A stretch of DNA of 64,000 nt from Lingula anatina (Eukaryota; Animalia; Brachiopoda), in contig CM120641.1 in the NCBI GenBank assembly GCA_051362555.1, forward strand, positions 33,052,401 through 33,116,400, given 5' to 3'. How positions within the stretch are numbered: the first letter of the stretch is position 1; each line of letters starts with the position of its first letter. The position numbers were made by a program, and so were the translations under genes. Shown here piece after piece: positions 24,887-37,600 of this stretch. The notes under the pieces are model-generated. The model had not been told where the DNA came from. It searched no databases and saw nothing but the letters and a program-made list of their open reading frames with translations.

Positions 24887-27800
24887 TTACAACTTATCCC
24901 CTTCTAACAACAAAACTAGTTTATGGATTGGACGTTCTAATATAGTAGACGTAGAGGAGGGGATGCCTTTGGCAGAAAGATCAGGATTCCCCAAAAGAAT
25001 CTTCACTCTGCGAACTAATCCATCCTCATCTATGCTCGCCTCTGTCACTCTGGCAAGTCGCCAGTCTCCTCTGTATAATCCTTCATCTTTGAGCAAAACA
25101 ATGTCTCCCACTCCTAGGTTTCTTCGTTTCCCCTTCCACTTTGTTCGTTGTTGCAGATTAAGAAGGTATTCCTTCCTCCAGCGACTCCAGAAATTATCCG
25201 CTAACACTTGTACTTGGCGCCATCTTTGCCTTGCATACAGGTGCTCAGGTCCAAACTCTCCCAATGGCAATATTACCTTTGGCTTCATTGTCAACAAATG
25301 GTTCGCAGTAAGTGATTCTGGACCAAGTGGATCATGTAGGTTCTGTACGGTCAAAGGTCGACAGTTAATAATGGCCATGACTTCATATAGGAAGGTTCTT
25401 AAGGTGGTTGTGTCAATACGAGAACCATGTTGCTCCAACATTGCTGCTAGTATACTTCTGATGGGTCTAATGTGTCGCTCCCACACACCTCCCATATGGC
25501 TTGAATGTGGGCTGTTAAACACAAAATCACACTTGTTCTCAATCATAAATTTCTTCAACTCGTCATTTTTGATCTCTTCTAGTGATTTATCTAAAAGCAC
25601 TCTTGCTCCGATAAAATTTGATCCCTGATCACATCTGATTTGCCGTATGGGACCCCTCAAAGCTATCACACATCTTAAAGCATTTATGAAACTATCTGTC
25701 GTCATGTCATCCAGGCATTCGATGTGTACTGCTCTCGACGCCATGCAGGTCACTATCAATCCATATCGCTTAACTTCACGGCGACCTTCTTTCACAGAGA
25801 AGGGGCCAAAGCAATCAATGCCGCAGTAACTGAATGGGGGTGAAGGTTCTGTTCGATCCCTTGGTAAATCTGACATCCTCTGTTCTTCACTTTTGCCCCT
25901 GTTTTTTCTACAGGTTACGCATCTGTGTATTGCAGAAGCAACCGTCTTGCCTATACCAATGATATAGTACCCTTGGCAACGTATCTCATTCAGAGTAAAA
26001 CCTCTTCCCTGGTGGGCTACCTTCTGATGGCAATGACGCACAATTAGGTCTACAATATGTCCTGACTTTGGCAAAATTACAGGGTGTTGTACTTCGTAAG
26101 ACAGTGAGGATCGTGTGAGACGTCCTCCTACTCGCAGGGTTCCTTCTTCGTCAATATAAGGATCCAGCTTGGAGAGAGGGTTTTTCTTCGGAAGCGATCC
26201 ATCTTTGATTTGCCTAATTTCGTCTTGGAACCGTTCAGCCTGAAGCAGCTTAAGAATAGTAAGTTCTGCCTTTCGTCGGTCAGCAGACAATGATGAACCC
26301 ATTTTGAGTAGACGTTTTCTAATGGTTGTCACTGCTGTAATGGCATTGGTCCAGGATGAAAATCTATTGAACTTCTGTGTAAATGTTCCTGCCTTTTCTG
26401 TAGTCTCCACTGCATTTACTGTTGCTTTCTTCAACTCTGGATCATTTGGATCAACCTCTGGATTTTCCTCTACCATGCTTAGAACTGGGTTTCTCAGGAA
26501 TTCTGGGCCTTTAAACCAATTTGATGCCATCAGTTCCTCTGGATACAGCCCTCTAGAAGCATGGTCGGCCGGGTTATCATTGGTTGGCACGTAGTGCCAC
26601 TGACTAGGGTCAGAAGCGTTTTGAATCGTCTGAATCCTGTTGGCTACGAAGACATGAAATCTTCTTACATTGTTCTTCAAATATCCTAGCACTATCTTGG
26701 AGTCTGTCCAGAAATACTCCTTGAGGTTTTCATAGGTTATTTCAGACTTCAGCAGAGTACTCATCTTGGTCGACATTGTGGCTGCTGTAAGCTCTAATCT
26801 CGGAATTGTAGTAATCTTGAGTGGCGCGACTCGAGATTTGCCCAACATGATACAGCAGTGGCACTCGTTTTTGTTATTCACTACTCGAAGGTAGGAGCAT
26901 TGGCCATATCCTCTGGTACTTGCGTCCGAAAAGTGGTGTATCTCTGCTGTGACAATTTTTCCAAAGTCTTGGGGAATATAGCATCTTGATAAATGAATTT
27001 CCGCTAGCTTTGGCAATTCACGCAGCCATTTCTCCCATCTTGGTCTGAGTTCTTCTGATATTGGATCATCCCAGCTGGCTTTGGACGCACACATCTCCTG
27101 CAGTATCTGTTTGCCTAATAGGATAAATGGTGCTATACAACCCAGGGGATCATAGACAGAGGCAACAGTCGAAAGAATTCCTCTTCTAGTCATCGGTCTT
27201 TCATTCAGTGTTAACTGAAAGCTGAGCTGGTCGCTATGGGTATCCCACTGAATTCCCAATACTCTCTCTGTGGCAGGTAAAGGCAAATCAACAGTGGTGC
27301 TCTGTGTCCCTCTTTCTGATACGGGAATACTCTCCAAAACTTCTTGGTTGTTGCTAATAAACTTGTGAAGTCTTATATTTGCTTTCTGAAATAGCTGACG
27401 TACGCCTTCAATAAGCTGCTTTGCCTCCTCAGCAGAATCAATGCTTAATAACAAGTCGTCTACGTAAAGGCAATTACCAGCTACCCAGCAAACCTTCTCA
27501 TCAAATTCTTCTCCATGGTCTTCAACCAGTTGTTTCAAAGCAAAGTTAGCACACGCAGGGGAACTGGCAGCTCCAAACAGGTGAACTGTCATCCTAAATA
27601 GCTTAGGTGTGCCTTCTAGGTCTCCATCCCACCACAGGAACTGGAAGTAGTTACGATCTCGTGGGTCTACCTTGAACCGATAAAACATTCGTTCTATGTC
27701 TCCTACAACGGCTACTGATCCCTCTCTGAATCTCAGGAGACATCCTATCAGACTGTTGGTGAGGTCTGGACCTGAGATGAGGTTCTCATTCAGGTTAATG

Positions 27801-30208
27801 TTCTTATATCTCGCTGCGCAGTCAAATACTACCCTGAGCTTTCCTTTATGTTTATGGTAAACTCCATGGTGCGGCACGACCCACCTGTGTCCTCCAGCTA
27901 CATCTTTGTCTGGAACAGGTTCAGCTTCTCCGCTTTCTATCATCGCGTCCATGAACTTCTTATATTCGGCGGCAAATTCTTTGTCTGCAAATTTCTTTCT
28001 CAGATGCTCAAGTCTTCTCATGGCCATGGGCATGTTGTCAGGCAACTGTGGGGCATCAGTTCTAAATGGTAGAGGCATGGTATAGAAATTGTCTTGGTCT
28101 TGATAGATTGTGTCTTTCATCTTCCTTAAGAACTTCAAGTCATCCTGGGACAAGGAATCTTCTGACTTGTGCTCATCCCTAAAGTCCGCTTCCAGTAACT
28201 GAATTATCTCTGGCTCAGTTACTGTCTCTTTAACCTTTGTTCTGTGGACAAAAGTCACTTCTCCTCTATCATCGACTCTCAAATCCTTTTGTATTTCTTT
28301 CCTCATCACTCTGTGACTGAGGTGATATTCATCTGTGTCTTCTCGTCCGGTCCTTCCCACGACGCTCCGTCCCAGGGGTGTCTGTATTCCATAGGGTTCC
28401 TCGTTTGCTCCTACTCTGACACTAAGGGGTACCAATGCACGAGAGCAGTTGTAACCTATAAGTAAACCTGCGTCGCAATTCTGGAGCGGTGCAATTTGGC
28501 TCTGTATATTTTGCAGGTGATTCCATCTTCTCGCATCCGATGGTCTAGGTACATGTTTCTTGTTGAATGGTATGTTTTCTCTTGTATAACAGGTTGGTAG
28601 TGCTATAGTTTCTGTTAAGTTAAGACCTCTTACAGTCAATCCTGGAACCTTTGAAGTTTTGACTACATAGCTGGAGTTGACTGTTGAAATCCTGATACTT
28701 GTAGGTACGCTTTCTGCATTCAGCTTGGCTGCTAACTCGTCGCTAATGAACGTAACATCACTTTGACTATCTAGAAGAGCATATGTCAGGATTTCATTCC
28801 CGGAATTTCCTACAGATACATAGACTGGAATTGTCATTGAACTGATAGCTCCCTCTTGGCAAGTACTTGACAATGTTCTTACATGTTGATCTTCTGGGTA
28901 TAGGGCTTCGTAGTCCCCATGTAGTATGGCAGGGTGTTTACGACCACATCTACTGCATTGTTCCTTCCTTTTACACTCCTTGGCTAAGTGACCGTTTCTA
29001 AGGCAGCTTAGGCAAAGACCTCTTTTCTTTATAAACTCCATTCTTTCTTGTGGCGTTTTTCTTTCGAAGTTTCGGCATTCTCTGATGTCGTGTCCTATTT
29101 TCTCACAGAATGTACAGGCATTTTTCGTGACAGGAGGCGTTGGTATAGCTTGATCGCTCGTCTTCGTCATAAGACTGGTGGAAGTGGGGGTTTTCTTGCT
29201 AAATGCAGTTTCAGCTGGTCTCATAACAGGGTTATTTACAATGTCGGATTCCTTTTTTACAAACTCTACAAACCTCTTGAAGCCTGGGAAACCTTGTGAT
29301 TCTTCGACAATTCGGGCCCATCTTCGTGTGATCCATTCAGGTAGTTTCTGAAGTAACTTCCTATTTTCCCGACAGTCGTCCAGGATCTTCAACTCTCCTA
29401 CATGATCTGTTGCTGCTAAACACTGCCTGAGAAAATCTGATAGTTTTCTAAGTCCCTTACTGTCTCTACTGTTAATCTTGGGCCACTTTTCTAATTTGTC
29501 TCTGAAAGCCTCTGCTATCAAAAATTTATCACCATATCTATCTTCAAGTATCTCAAGGGCTTCAATGTAAGCCTCTTCTGAATCTAAGTAAAACAAATGA
29601 TCCACTGTCTCTTTAGCTTCTCCTCCGAGGTACCTCTTTAGGTAGTACAGCCTCTCACTGGGTGGGATATTTCTGCTTTCTATTAGAGTCTTGAATGCTA
29701 GTCGCCATGTTACATATGTTAGATAATTTCCCTCAAATACAGGTGGTTCTGGAATCGGTAATCTACTCAGGCTCAACTTCTCTAAGGCCCTCACAACATC
29801 ATGGCTATAGCTGCTGTCTGACTCCTTCTTAGTAGTATCTTCACCTCTCAATGCTTTCCTAAAGATTTCTTCCCTTTTCTTGCTTTCATTCAGTTCTGAT
29901 TCTAACAAGAGCCGCTTTCTTCTCTGCTCTAAACGTATCTGTTGCTCTTCTATTTCTTGCTGTGCTGTAAGGTACTTCAGCCTTTCCTTCAAAGCAACCT
30001 GTCTAGCTTCTTCTTCTAACTGTCGCTCCTTATAAGATACGTTTGAGCCGGCTTGACTGACAGAGTCATCTGGATCTAATTCCTCAATTAGTCTTCTTCT
30101 CAAATCATCTTTAGGCGATATGTTTCTGAATGTTACTTCTTGGTCAGTTGGTGTCTGAAAAGGAACTGTCCTAGTGCTGGGAGTCTTGGTAATGGTAGCT
30201 GCATCCAT
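24887..30208 (-). CDS. BEL/Pao Gag-Pol polyprotein (Gag, 3 Zn knuckles, protease, RT, RNase H, integrase)
   Basis: Uninterrupted ORF, first ATG at 30208; CTFCEKIGHDIREC / CLSCLRNGHLAKEC / CSRCGRKH knuckles, ALLDSQS protease, YVDD, HHFSDAS-TIPRLEL-FWTDS, HHCC plus GIDCFGP / CDQGSNF / GGVWER integrase, FWSRWRKEYL. Confidence 0.96.
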   Translation of the reverse strand: MDAATITKTPSTRTVPFQTPTDQEVTFRNISPKDDLRRRLIEELDPDDSVSQAGSNVSYKERQLEEEARQVALKERLKYLTAQQEIEEQQIRLEQRRKRLLLESELNESKKREEIFRKALRGEDTTKKESDSSYSHDVVRALEKLSLSRLPIPEPPVFEGNYLTYVTWRLAFKTLIESRNIPPSERLYYLKRYLGGEAKETVDHLFYLDSEEAYIEALEILEDRYGDKFLIAEAFRDKLEKWPKINSRDSKGLRKLSDFLRQCLAATDHVGELKILDDCRENRKLLQKLPEWITRRWARIVEESQGFPGFKRFVEFVKKESDIVNNPVMRPAETAFSKKTPTSTSLMTKTSDQAIPTPPVTKNACTFCEKIGHDIRECRNFERKTPQERMEFIKKRGLCLSCLRNGHLAKECKRKEQCSRCGRKHPAILHGDYEALYPEDQHVRTLSSTCQEGAISSMTIPVYVSVGNSGNEILTYALLDSQSDVTFISDELAAKLNAESVPTSIRISTVNSSYVVKTSKVPGLTVRGLNLTETIALPTCYTRENIPFNKKHVPRPSDARRWNHLQNIQSQIAPLQNCDAGLLIGYNCSRALVPLSVRVGANEEPYGIQTPLGRSVVGRTGREDTDEYHLSHRVMRKEIQKDLRVDDRGEVTFVHRTKVKETVTEPEIIQLLEADFRDEHKSEDSLSQDDLKFLRKMKDTIYQDQDNFYTMPLPFRTDAPQLPDNMPMAMRRLEHLRKKFADKEFAAEYKKFMDAMIESGEAEPVPDKDVAGGHRWVVPHHGVYHKHKGKLRVVFDCAARYKNINLNENLISGPDLTNSLIGCLLRFREGSVAVVGDIERMFYRFKVDPRDRNYFQFLWWDGDLEGTPKLFRMTVHLFGAASSPACANFALKQLVEDHGEEFDEKVCWVAGNCLYVDDLLLSIDSAEEAKQLIEGVRQLFQKANIRLHKFISNNQEVLESIPVSERGTQSTTVDLPLPATERVLGIQWDTHSDQLSFQLTLNERPMTRRGILSTVASVYDPLGCIAPFILLGKQILQEMCASKASWDDPISEELRPRWEKWLRELPKLAEIHLSRCYIPQDFGKIVTAEIHHFSDASTRGYGQCSYLRVVNNKNECHCCIMLGKSRVAPLKITTIPRLELTAATMSTKMSTLLKSEITYENLKEYFWTDSKIVLGYLKNNVRRFHVFVANRIQTIQNASDPSQWHYVPTNDNPADHASRGLYPEELMASNWFKGPEFLRNPVLSMVEENPEVDPNDPELKKATVNAVETTEKAGTFTQKFNRFSSWTNAITAVTTIRKRLLKMGSSLSADRRKAELTILKLLQAERFQDEIRQIKDGSLPKKNPLSKLDPYIDEEGTLRVGGRLTRSSLSYEVQHPVILPKSGHIVDLIVRHCHQKVAHQGRGFTLNEIRCQGYYIIGIGKTVASAIHRCVTCRKNRGKSEEQRMSDLPRDRTEPSPPFSYCGIDCFGPFSVKEGRREVKRYGLIVTCMASRAVHIECLDDMTTDSFINALRCVIALRGPIRQIRCDQGSNFIGARVLLDKSLEEIKNDELKKFMIENKCDFVFNSPHSSHMGGVWERHIRPIRSILAAMLEQHGSRIDTTTLRTFLYEVMAIINCRPLTVQNLHDPLGPESLTANHLLTMKPKVILPLGEFGPEHLYARQRWRQVQVLADNFWSRWRKEYLLNLQQRTKWKGKRRNLGVGDIVLLKDEGLYRGDWRLARVTEASIDEDGLVRRVKILLGNPDLSAKGIPSSTSTILERPIHKLVLLLEGDKL

Positions 30209-30822
30209 TTTTAATGTCAAGCAGTGAGCACGTATTCTTAGAAAGGAGGGAGGGGGCAGGTGGTATGGGCAGCGTAACTTATTTGAACTCAAATAAACTT
30301 ATCTACACTAAGCAAGACAAGTAAATTTCAAAATGTAGACAGTTTCTCTATAAGTAATAAGCTAGCTAAAACATTTGAACATCAACAGCAAACATGTAAA
30401 ATTGCCGAGTATCTTAATCTTAACAAACAAATAAATTAATAATCATATGTATATTTAGATAGCCAATAATATATTCAGCTACACTGAGGTCTACTAGTAT
30501 TTATAGTTATCTGTGGATATGAAATCAAGTGTCAACATATACTCGAGAAAGTCTCAATTTCAGCTTTATTGCAAGCTGCGGATTGGATCTTAGCTCAATT
30601 TCCTTAATTACAGTCCCACCAGTAACTGCTAGTACTTGACTGGGCCGGGTCAACTAAATAATGGCTGTTGACTGGCTCCAGGCATCTCAGATATCTAGAG
30701 TTACCACAGGTTGTAAGTAGGTCATAAATTCTGTCTTCTTGGTTCGGTTGTTCGGTACGGGCCGTCTCAGGGCTTTAGTTGCGGACTATTGGTATGGGCT
30801 ATCTCAAATCCAAGTCGTTGAC

Positions 30823-31648
30823 TGTAGCCACTTGCAATACTCACACACCACAACAACAGCTTTGCGTCGTTTTTACTGATTTATTAAACCTTAAACCGTC
30901 AACTGAAAAAAAATAATTGAAATAAAATATGAAAATCATCTCATATTCTTGCCCTAGTTCTTTTATATAATGCTATTAAGTCACTTAAATAACATCTTTA
31001 CTTAACAGTTGCATGTTATCCTATCTTTATCTCCAAAATATAAGTAACTCTTACCGACTTTGGGCTATTCTAGTGTAATGCAAGCGACTGGGTTCTAAAT
31101 GATTGTGTAGTAAATCTCATCTGGCGCAACTAACACAATGAAAAAATACGCTTTTAAAATAACATTGATTACGAACATAAAACAAACAATCTTTAACTCG
31201 CAACTAGTACAGCTACATTCTCGTTTCTAAACAATACACTACACTTAACTGAACTTTCTTTACTCCAATACTGAAAGGCACAGTGATTGTGTTACATGTA
31301 CTGTGCATTGTACATGAGACCGGCATTTCTAACGCTACTCAAAGTTGCAGTTTACAATGGAAAACTAATTTTATCTTCTCGCAATTATCTTTAAATGAAC
31401 TTTCATAACTTAAAATTAATTGCTAACCTTATGGGCCAGATTCCTGTTACAAAAACACTTGTAATTACGGCTGTCTCAGCATTTAATATCAGCCGATCTC
31501 ATTCCACATGGAATCACATTCTATCCCATCATTATCATAAGCGCGCTAAAAACAATTGTTATTCAACACCGATGCGACAAACAAGTGAGTAGCGCGTCCG
31601 AAGTAAAGAAATAAGATTTATATATAAAACACTGCTCTGGCAGTAACA
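30823..31648 (-). repeat. 5' LTR (826 bp)
   Basis: Direct repeat of 23860-24686; upstream of gag on the minus strand. Confidence 0.95.
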
Positions 31649-34600
31649 TTTACTCATCCCAATACTACAAAAAAATAAAATTTACTTACCTTAACTTGGA
31701 TCCAAGAGTGAAGTCCATGTGCGGGGTGGGGTTGCGCATCATCTTCTTTGTCCTGTAAAAAGAAATGAAAAACAAGATTAGATTTTTTTTTAATTTACTC
31801 ATCCCATTACTACAAAAAAATAAAATTTACTAACCTTAGCTTGGATCCAACAATGAAGTCCATGCCGGGTGGGGTTGCTCATCATCTCCTTTCTCCTGTA
31901 AAAAGAAACGAAAAACTAGATAAGATTTTTTCAATTTACCCATTTCAGCACCCCAAAAAAATAAAATTTACTAACCTTAACTTGGATCCAAGTGTGAAGT
32001 CCATGTGCCGGGTGGGGTTGCGCATCATCTTCTTTGTCCTGTAAAAAGAAATGAAAAACAAGATTAGATTTTTTTTTAATTTACTCATCCCAATACTACA
32101 AAAAAATAAAATTTACTAACCTTAGCTTGGATCCAAGGGTGAAGTCCATGTACGGGTGGGGTCGCTCATCATCTTCTTTGTCCTGTAAAAAGAAACGAAA
32201 AACAAGATTAGATCTGTTCAATTTAACCATCCCAACATCCCAAAAAACTAAAATTCACTAACCTTAGCTTGGATCCAAGAGTGAAGTCCATGTCCAGGTG
32301 GGGTCGCTCATCATCTTCTTTGTCCTGTAAAAAGAAATGAAAAACAAGATTAGATTTTTTCAATTTACTCATCCCAATACTACAAAAAAATGAAATTTAC
32401 TAACCTTAGCTTGGATCCAAGAGTGAAGTCCATATCCGGGTGGGGTTCCTCATCATCTTCTTTTTCCTGTAAAAAGAAATGAAAAACAAGATTAAATTTT
32501 TGCAATTTACTTTTCCCAATACTACAAAAAAATAAAATTTACTAACCTTAGCTTAGATCCAACAATGAAGTCCATGCCATGTGGGGGTCGCTCATCATCT
32601 TCTTTGTCCTGTAAAAAGAAATGAAAAACAAGATTAGATTTGTTCAATTTAACCATCCCAACATCCCAAAAAACTAAAATTCACTAACCTTAGCTTGGAT
32701 CCAAGAGTGAAGTCCATGTCCGGGTAGGGTCGCTCATCATCTTCTTTGTCCTGTAAAAAGAAATGAAAAACTAGATTAGATTTTTCAATTTACCCATCTC
32801 AGCACATCAGAAAATAAAATTTACTAACCTTAGCTTGGATCCAAGAGGGAAGTCCATGTATGGATGGGGTCGCTCAGCATCTTCTTTGTCCTGTAAAAAG
32901 AAATGAAAAACAAGATTAGATTTGTTCAATTTAACCATCTCAACATCCCAAAAAACTAAAATTCACTAACCTTAGCTTGGATCCAAGAGTGAAGTCCATG
33001 TCCGGGTGGGGTCACTCATCATCTTCTTTGTCCTGTAAAAATAAACGAAAAAAAAGATTAGATTTTTTCAATTTACCCATCTCAGCACATCAGAAAAATA
33101 AAATTTACTAACCTTAGCTTGGATCCAAGAGGGAAGTCCATGTATGGATGGGGTCGCTCATCATCTTCTTTCTCCTGTAAAAAGAAATGAAAAACAAGAT
33201 TAGATTTGTTCAATTTAACCATCTCAACATCCCAAAAAACTAAAATTCACTAACCTTAGCTTGGATCCAAGAGTGAAGTCCATGTCCGGGTGGGGTCGCT
33301 CATCTTCTTTGTCCTGTAAAAAGAAATGAAAAACAAGATTAGATTTTTTCAATTTACTCATCCCAATACTACAAAAAAATAAAATTTACTTACCTTAACT
33401 TGGATCCAAGAGTGAAGTCCATGTGCCGGGTGGGGTTGTGCATCATCTTCTTTGTCCTGTAAAAAGAAATGAAAAACAAGATTAGATTTTTTTTTAATTT
33501 ACTCATCCCATTACTACAAAAAAATAAAATTTACTAACCTTAGCTTGGATCCAACAATGAAGTCCATGCCGGGTGGGGTTGCTCATCATCTTCTTTGTCC
33601 TGTAAAGGAAACGAAAAACTAGATTAGATTTTTTCAATTTACCCATCTCAGCACCCCAAAAAAATATAATTCACTAACCTTAGCTTGGATCCAAGAGTGA
33701 AGTCCATGCTGGGTGGGGTTGCTCATCATCTTCTTTGTCCTGTAAAAATAAATGAAAAAAATAGATTAGATTTTTTCAATTTACCCATCTCAGCACATCA
33801 GAAAAATAAAATTTACTAACCTTAGCTTGGATCCAAGGGTGAAGTCCATGTACGGGTGGGGTCGCTCATCATCTTCTTGATCCTGTAAAAAGAAACGAAA
33901 AACAAGATTAGATCTGTTCAATTTAACCATCCCAACATCCCAAAAAACTAAAATTCACTAACCTTAGCTTGGATCCAAGAGTGAAGTCCATGTCCAGGTG
34001 GGGTCGCTCATCATCTTCTTTGTCCTGTAAAAAGAAATGAAAAACAAGATTAGATTTTTTCAATTTACTCATCCCAATACTACAAAAAAATAAAATTTAC
34101 TAACCTTAGCTTGGATCCAAGAGTGAAGTCCATATCGGGGTGGGGTTGCTCATCATCTTCTTTGTCCTGTAAAAATAAATGAAAAAAATAGATTAGATTT
34201 TTTCAATTTACCCATCTCAGCACCCCAAAAAAATAAAATTTACTAACCTTAACTTGGATCCAAGTGTGAAGTCCATGTGCCGGGTGGGGTTGCGCATCAT
34301 CTTCTTTATCCTGTAAAAAGAAATGAAAAACAAGATTAGATTTTTTCAATTTACTCATCCCAATACTACAAAAAAATAAAATTTACTAACCTTAGCTTGG
34401 ATCCAAGAGTGAAGTCCATATCGGGGTGGGGTTGCTCATCATCTTCTTTGTCCTGTAAAAATAAATGAAAAAAATAGATTAGATTTTTTCAATTTACCCA
34501 TCTCAGCACATCAGAAAAATAAAATTTACTAACCTTAGCTTGGATCCAAGGGTGAAGTCCATGTACGGGTGGGGTCGCTCATCATCTTCTTTGTCCTGTA

Positions 34601-37600
34601 AAAAGAAATGAAAAACAAGATTAGATTTTTTCAATTTACTCATCCCAATAGTACAAAAAAATAAAATTTACTAACCTTAGCTTGGATCCAACAATGAAGT
34701 CCATGCCAGGTGGGGGTCGCTCATCATCTTCTTTGTCCTGTAAAAAGAAATGAAAAACTAGATTAGATTTTTCAATTTACCCATCTCAGCACATCAGAAA
34801 ATAAAATTTACTAATCTTAGCTTGGATCCAAGAGGGAAGTCCATGTATGGATGGGGTCGCTCATCATCTTCTTTGTCCTGTAAAAAGAAATGAAAAAAAA
34901 GATTAGATTTGTTCAATTTAACCATCTCAACATCCCAAAAAACTAAAATTCACTAACCTTAGCTTGGATCCAAGAGTGAAGTCCATGTCCGGGTGGGGTC
35001 ACTCATCATCTTCTTTGTCCTGTAAAAATAAACGAAAAAAAAGATTAGATTTTTTCAATTTACCCATCTCAGCACATCAGAAAAATAAAATTTACTAACC
35101 TTAGCTTGGATCCAAGAGGGAAGTCCATGTATGGATGGGGTCGCTCATCATCTTCTTTGTCCTGTAAAAAGAAATGAAAAACAAGATTAGATTTGTTCAA
35201 TTTAACCATCTCAACATCCCAAAAAACTAAAATTCACTAACCTTAGCTTGGATCCAAGAGTGAAGTCCATGTCCGGGTGGGGTCGCTCATCTTCTTTGTC
35301 CTGTAAAAAGAAATGAAAAACAAGATTAGATTTTTTCAATTTACTCATCCCAATACTACAAAAAAATAAAATTTACTAACCTTAGCTTGGATCCAACAAT
35401 GAAGTCCATGCCGGGTGGGGTTGCTCATCATCTTCTTTGTCCTGTAAAGGAAACGAAAAACTAGATTAGATTTTTTCAATTTACCCATCTCAGCGCCCCA
35501 AAAAAATATAATTCACTAACCTTAGCTTGGATCCAAGAGTGAAGTCCATGCTGGGTGGGGTCGCTCATCATCTTCTTTGTCCTGTAAAAATAAATGAAAA
35601 AAATAGATTAGATTTTTTCAATTTACCCATCTCAGCACATCAGAAAAATAAAATTTACTAACCTTAGCTTGGATCCAAGGGTGAAATCCATGTACGGGTG
35701 GGGTCGCTCATCATCTTCTTTGTCCTGTAAAAAGAAACGAAAAACAAGATTAGATCTGTTCAATTTAACCATCCCAACATCACAAAAAACTAAAATTCAC
35801 TAACCTTAGCTTGGATCCAAGAGTGAAGTCCATATCCAGGTGGGGTCGCTCATCATCTTCTTTGTCCTGTAAAAAGAAATGAAAAACAAGATTAGATTTT
35901 TTCAATTTACTCATCCCAATACTACAAAAATATAAAATTTACTAACCTTAGCTTGGATCCAAGAGTGAAGTCCATATCCGGGTGGGGTTGCTCATCATCT
36001 TCTTTTTCCTGTAAAAAGAAATGAAAAACAAGATTAGATTTTTTCAATTAACTTATCCCAATACTACAAAAAAATAAAATTTACTAACCTTAGCTTGGAT
36101 CCAAGAGTGAAGTCCATATCCGGGTGGGGTCGCTCATCATCTTCTTTGTCCTGTAAACAGAAACGAAAAACTAGATAAGATTTTTTCAATTTACCCATCT
36201 CAGCACCCCAAAAAAATAAAATTTACTAACCTTAACTTGGATCCAAGTGTGAAGTCCATGTGCCGGGTGGGGTTGCGCATCATCTTCTTTATCCTGTAAA
36301 AAGAAATGAAAAACAAGATTAGATTTTTTTTTAATTTACTCATCCCAATACTACAAAAAAATAAAATTTACTAACCTTAGCTTGGATCCAACAATAAAGT
36401 CCATGCCGGGTGGGGTCGCTCATCATCTTCTTTTTCCTGTAAAAAGAAATGAAAAACAAGATTAGATTTTTTCAATTAACTTATCCCAATACTACAAAAA
36501 AATAAAATTTACTAACCTTAGCTTGGATCCAAGGGTGAAGTCCATGTACGGGTGGGGTCGCTCATCATCTTCTTTGTCCTGTAAAAAGAAATGAAAAACA
36601 AGATTAGATTTTTTCAATTTACTCATCCCAATAGTACAAAAAAATAAAATTTACTTACCTTAGCTTGGATCCAACAATGAAGTCCATGCCAGGTGGGGGT
36701 CGCTCATCATCTTCTTTGTCCTGTAAAAAGAAATGAAAAACTAGATTAGATTTTTCAATTTACCCATGTCAGCACATCAGAAAATAAAATTTACTAACCT
36801 TAGCTTGGATCCAAGAGGGAAGTCCATGTATGGATGGGGTCGCTCATCATCTTCTTTGTCCTGTAAAAAGAAATGAAAAACAAGATTAGATTTTTTCAAT
36901 TTACTCATCCCAATACTACAAAAAAATAAAATTTACTTACCTTAACTTGGATCCAAGAGTGAAGTCCATGTGCCGGGTGGGGTTGCGCATCATCTTCTTT
37001 GTCCTGTAAAAAGAAATGAAAAACAAGATTAGATTTTTTTTTAATTTACTCATCCCATTACTACAAAAAAATAAAATTTACTAACCTTAGCTTGGATCCA
37101 ACAATGAAGTCCATGCCGGGTGGGGTTGCTCATCATCTTCTTTGTCCTGTAAAGGAAACGAAAAACTAGATTAGATTTTTTCAATTTACCCATCTCAGCA
37201 CCCCAAAAAAATAAAATTCACTAACCTTAGCTTGGATCCAAGAGTGAAGTCCATGTTGGGTGGGGTCGCTCATCATCTTCTTTGTCCTGTAAAAATAAAT
37301 GAAAAAAATAGATTAGATTTTTTCAATTTACCCATCTCAGCACATCAGAAAAATAAAATTTACTAACCTTAGCTTGGATCCAAGGGTGAAGTCCATGTAC
37401 GGGTGGGGTCGCTCATCATCTTCTTGATCCTGTAAAAAGAAACGAAAAACAAGATTAGATCTGTTCAATTTAACCATCCCAACATCCCAAAAAACTAAAA
37501 TTCACTAACCTTAGCTTGGATCCAAGAGTGAAGTCCATATCCGGGTGGGGTTGCTCATCATCTTCTTTTTCCTGTAAAAAGAAATGAAAAACAAGATTAG

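Larger units (their letters stand above)
23860..31648 (-). mobile_element. Full-length BEL/Pao LTR retrotransposon
   Basis: Two TG...CA LTRs, exact 5-bp TSD TTTAC (23855-23859 / 31649-31653), purine tract TGGGGAG before the 3' LTR, single gag-pol ORF. Confidence 0.97.

Noticed and set aside
24963-29299. Plus-strand ORFs inside the retrotransposon
   Set aside because: Antisense shadows of gag-pol.
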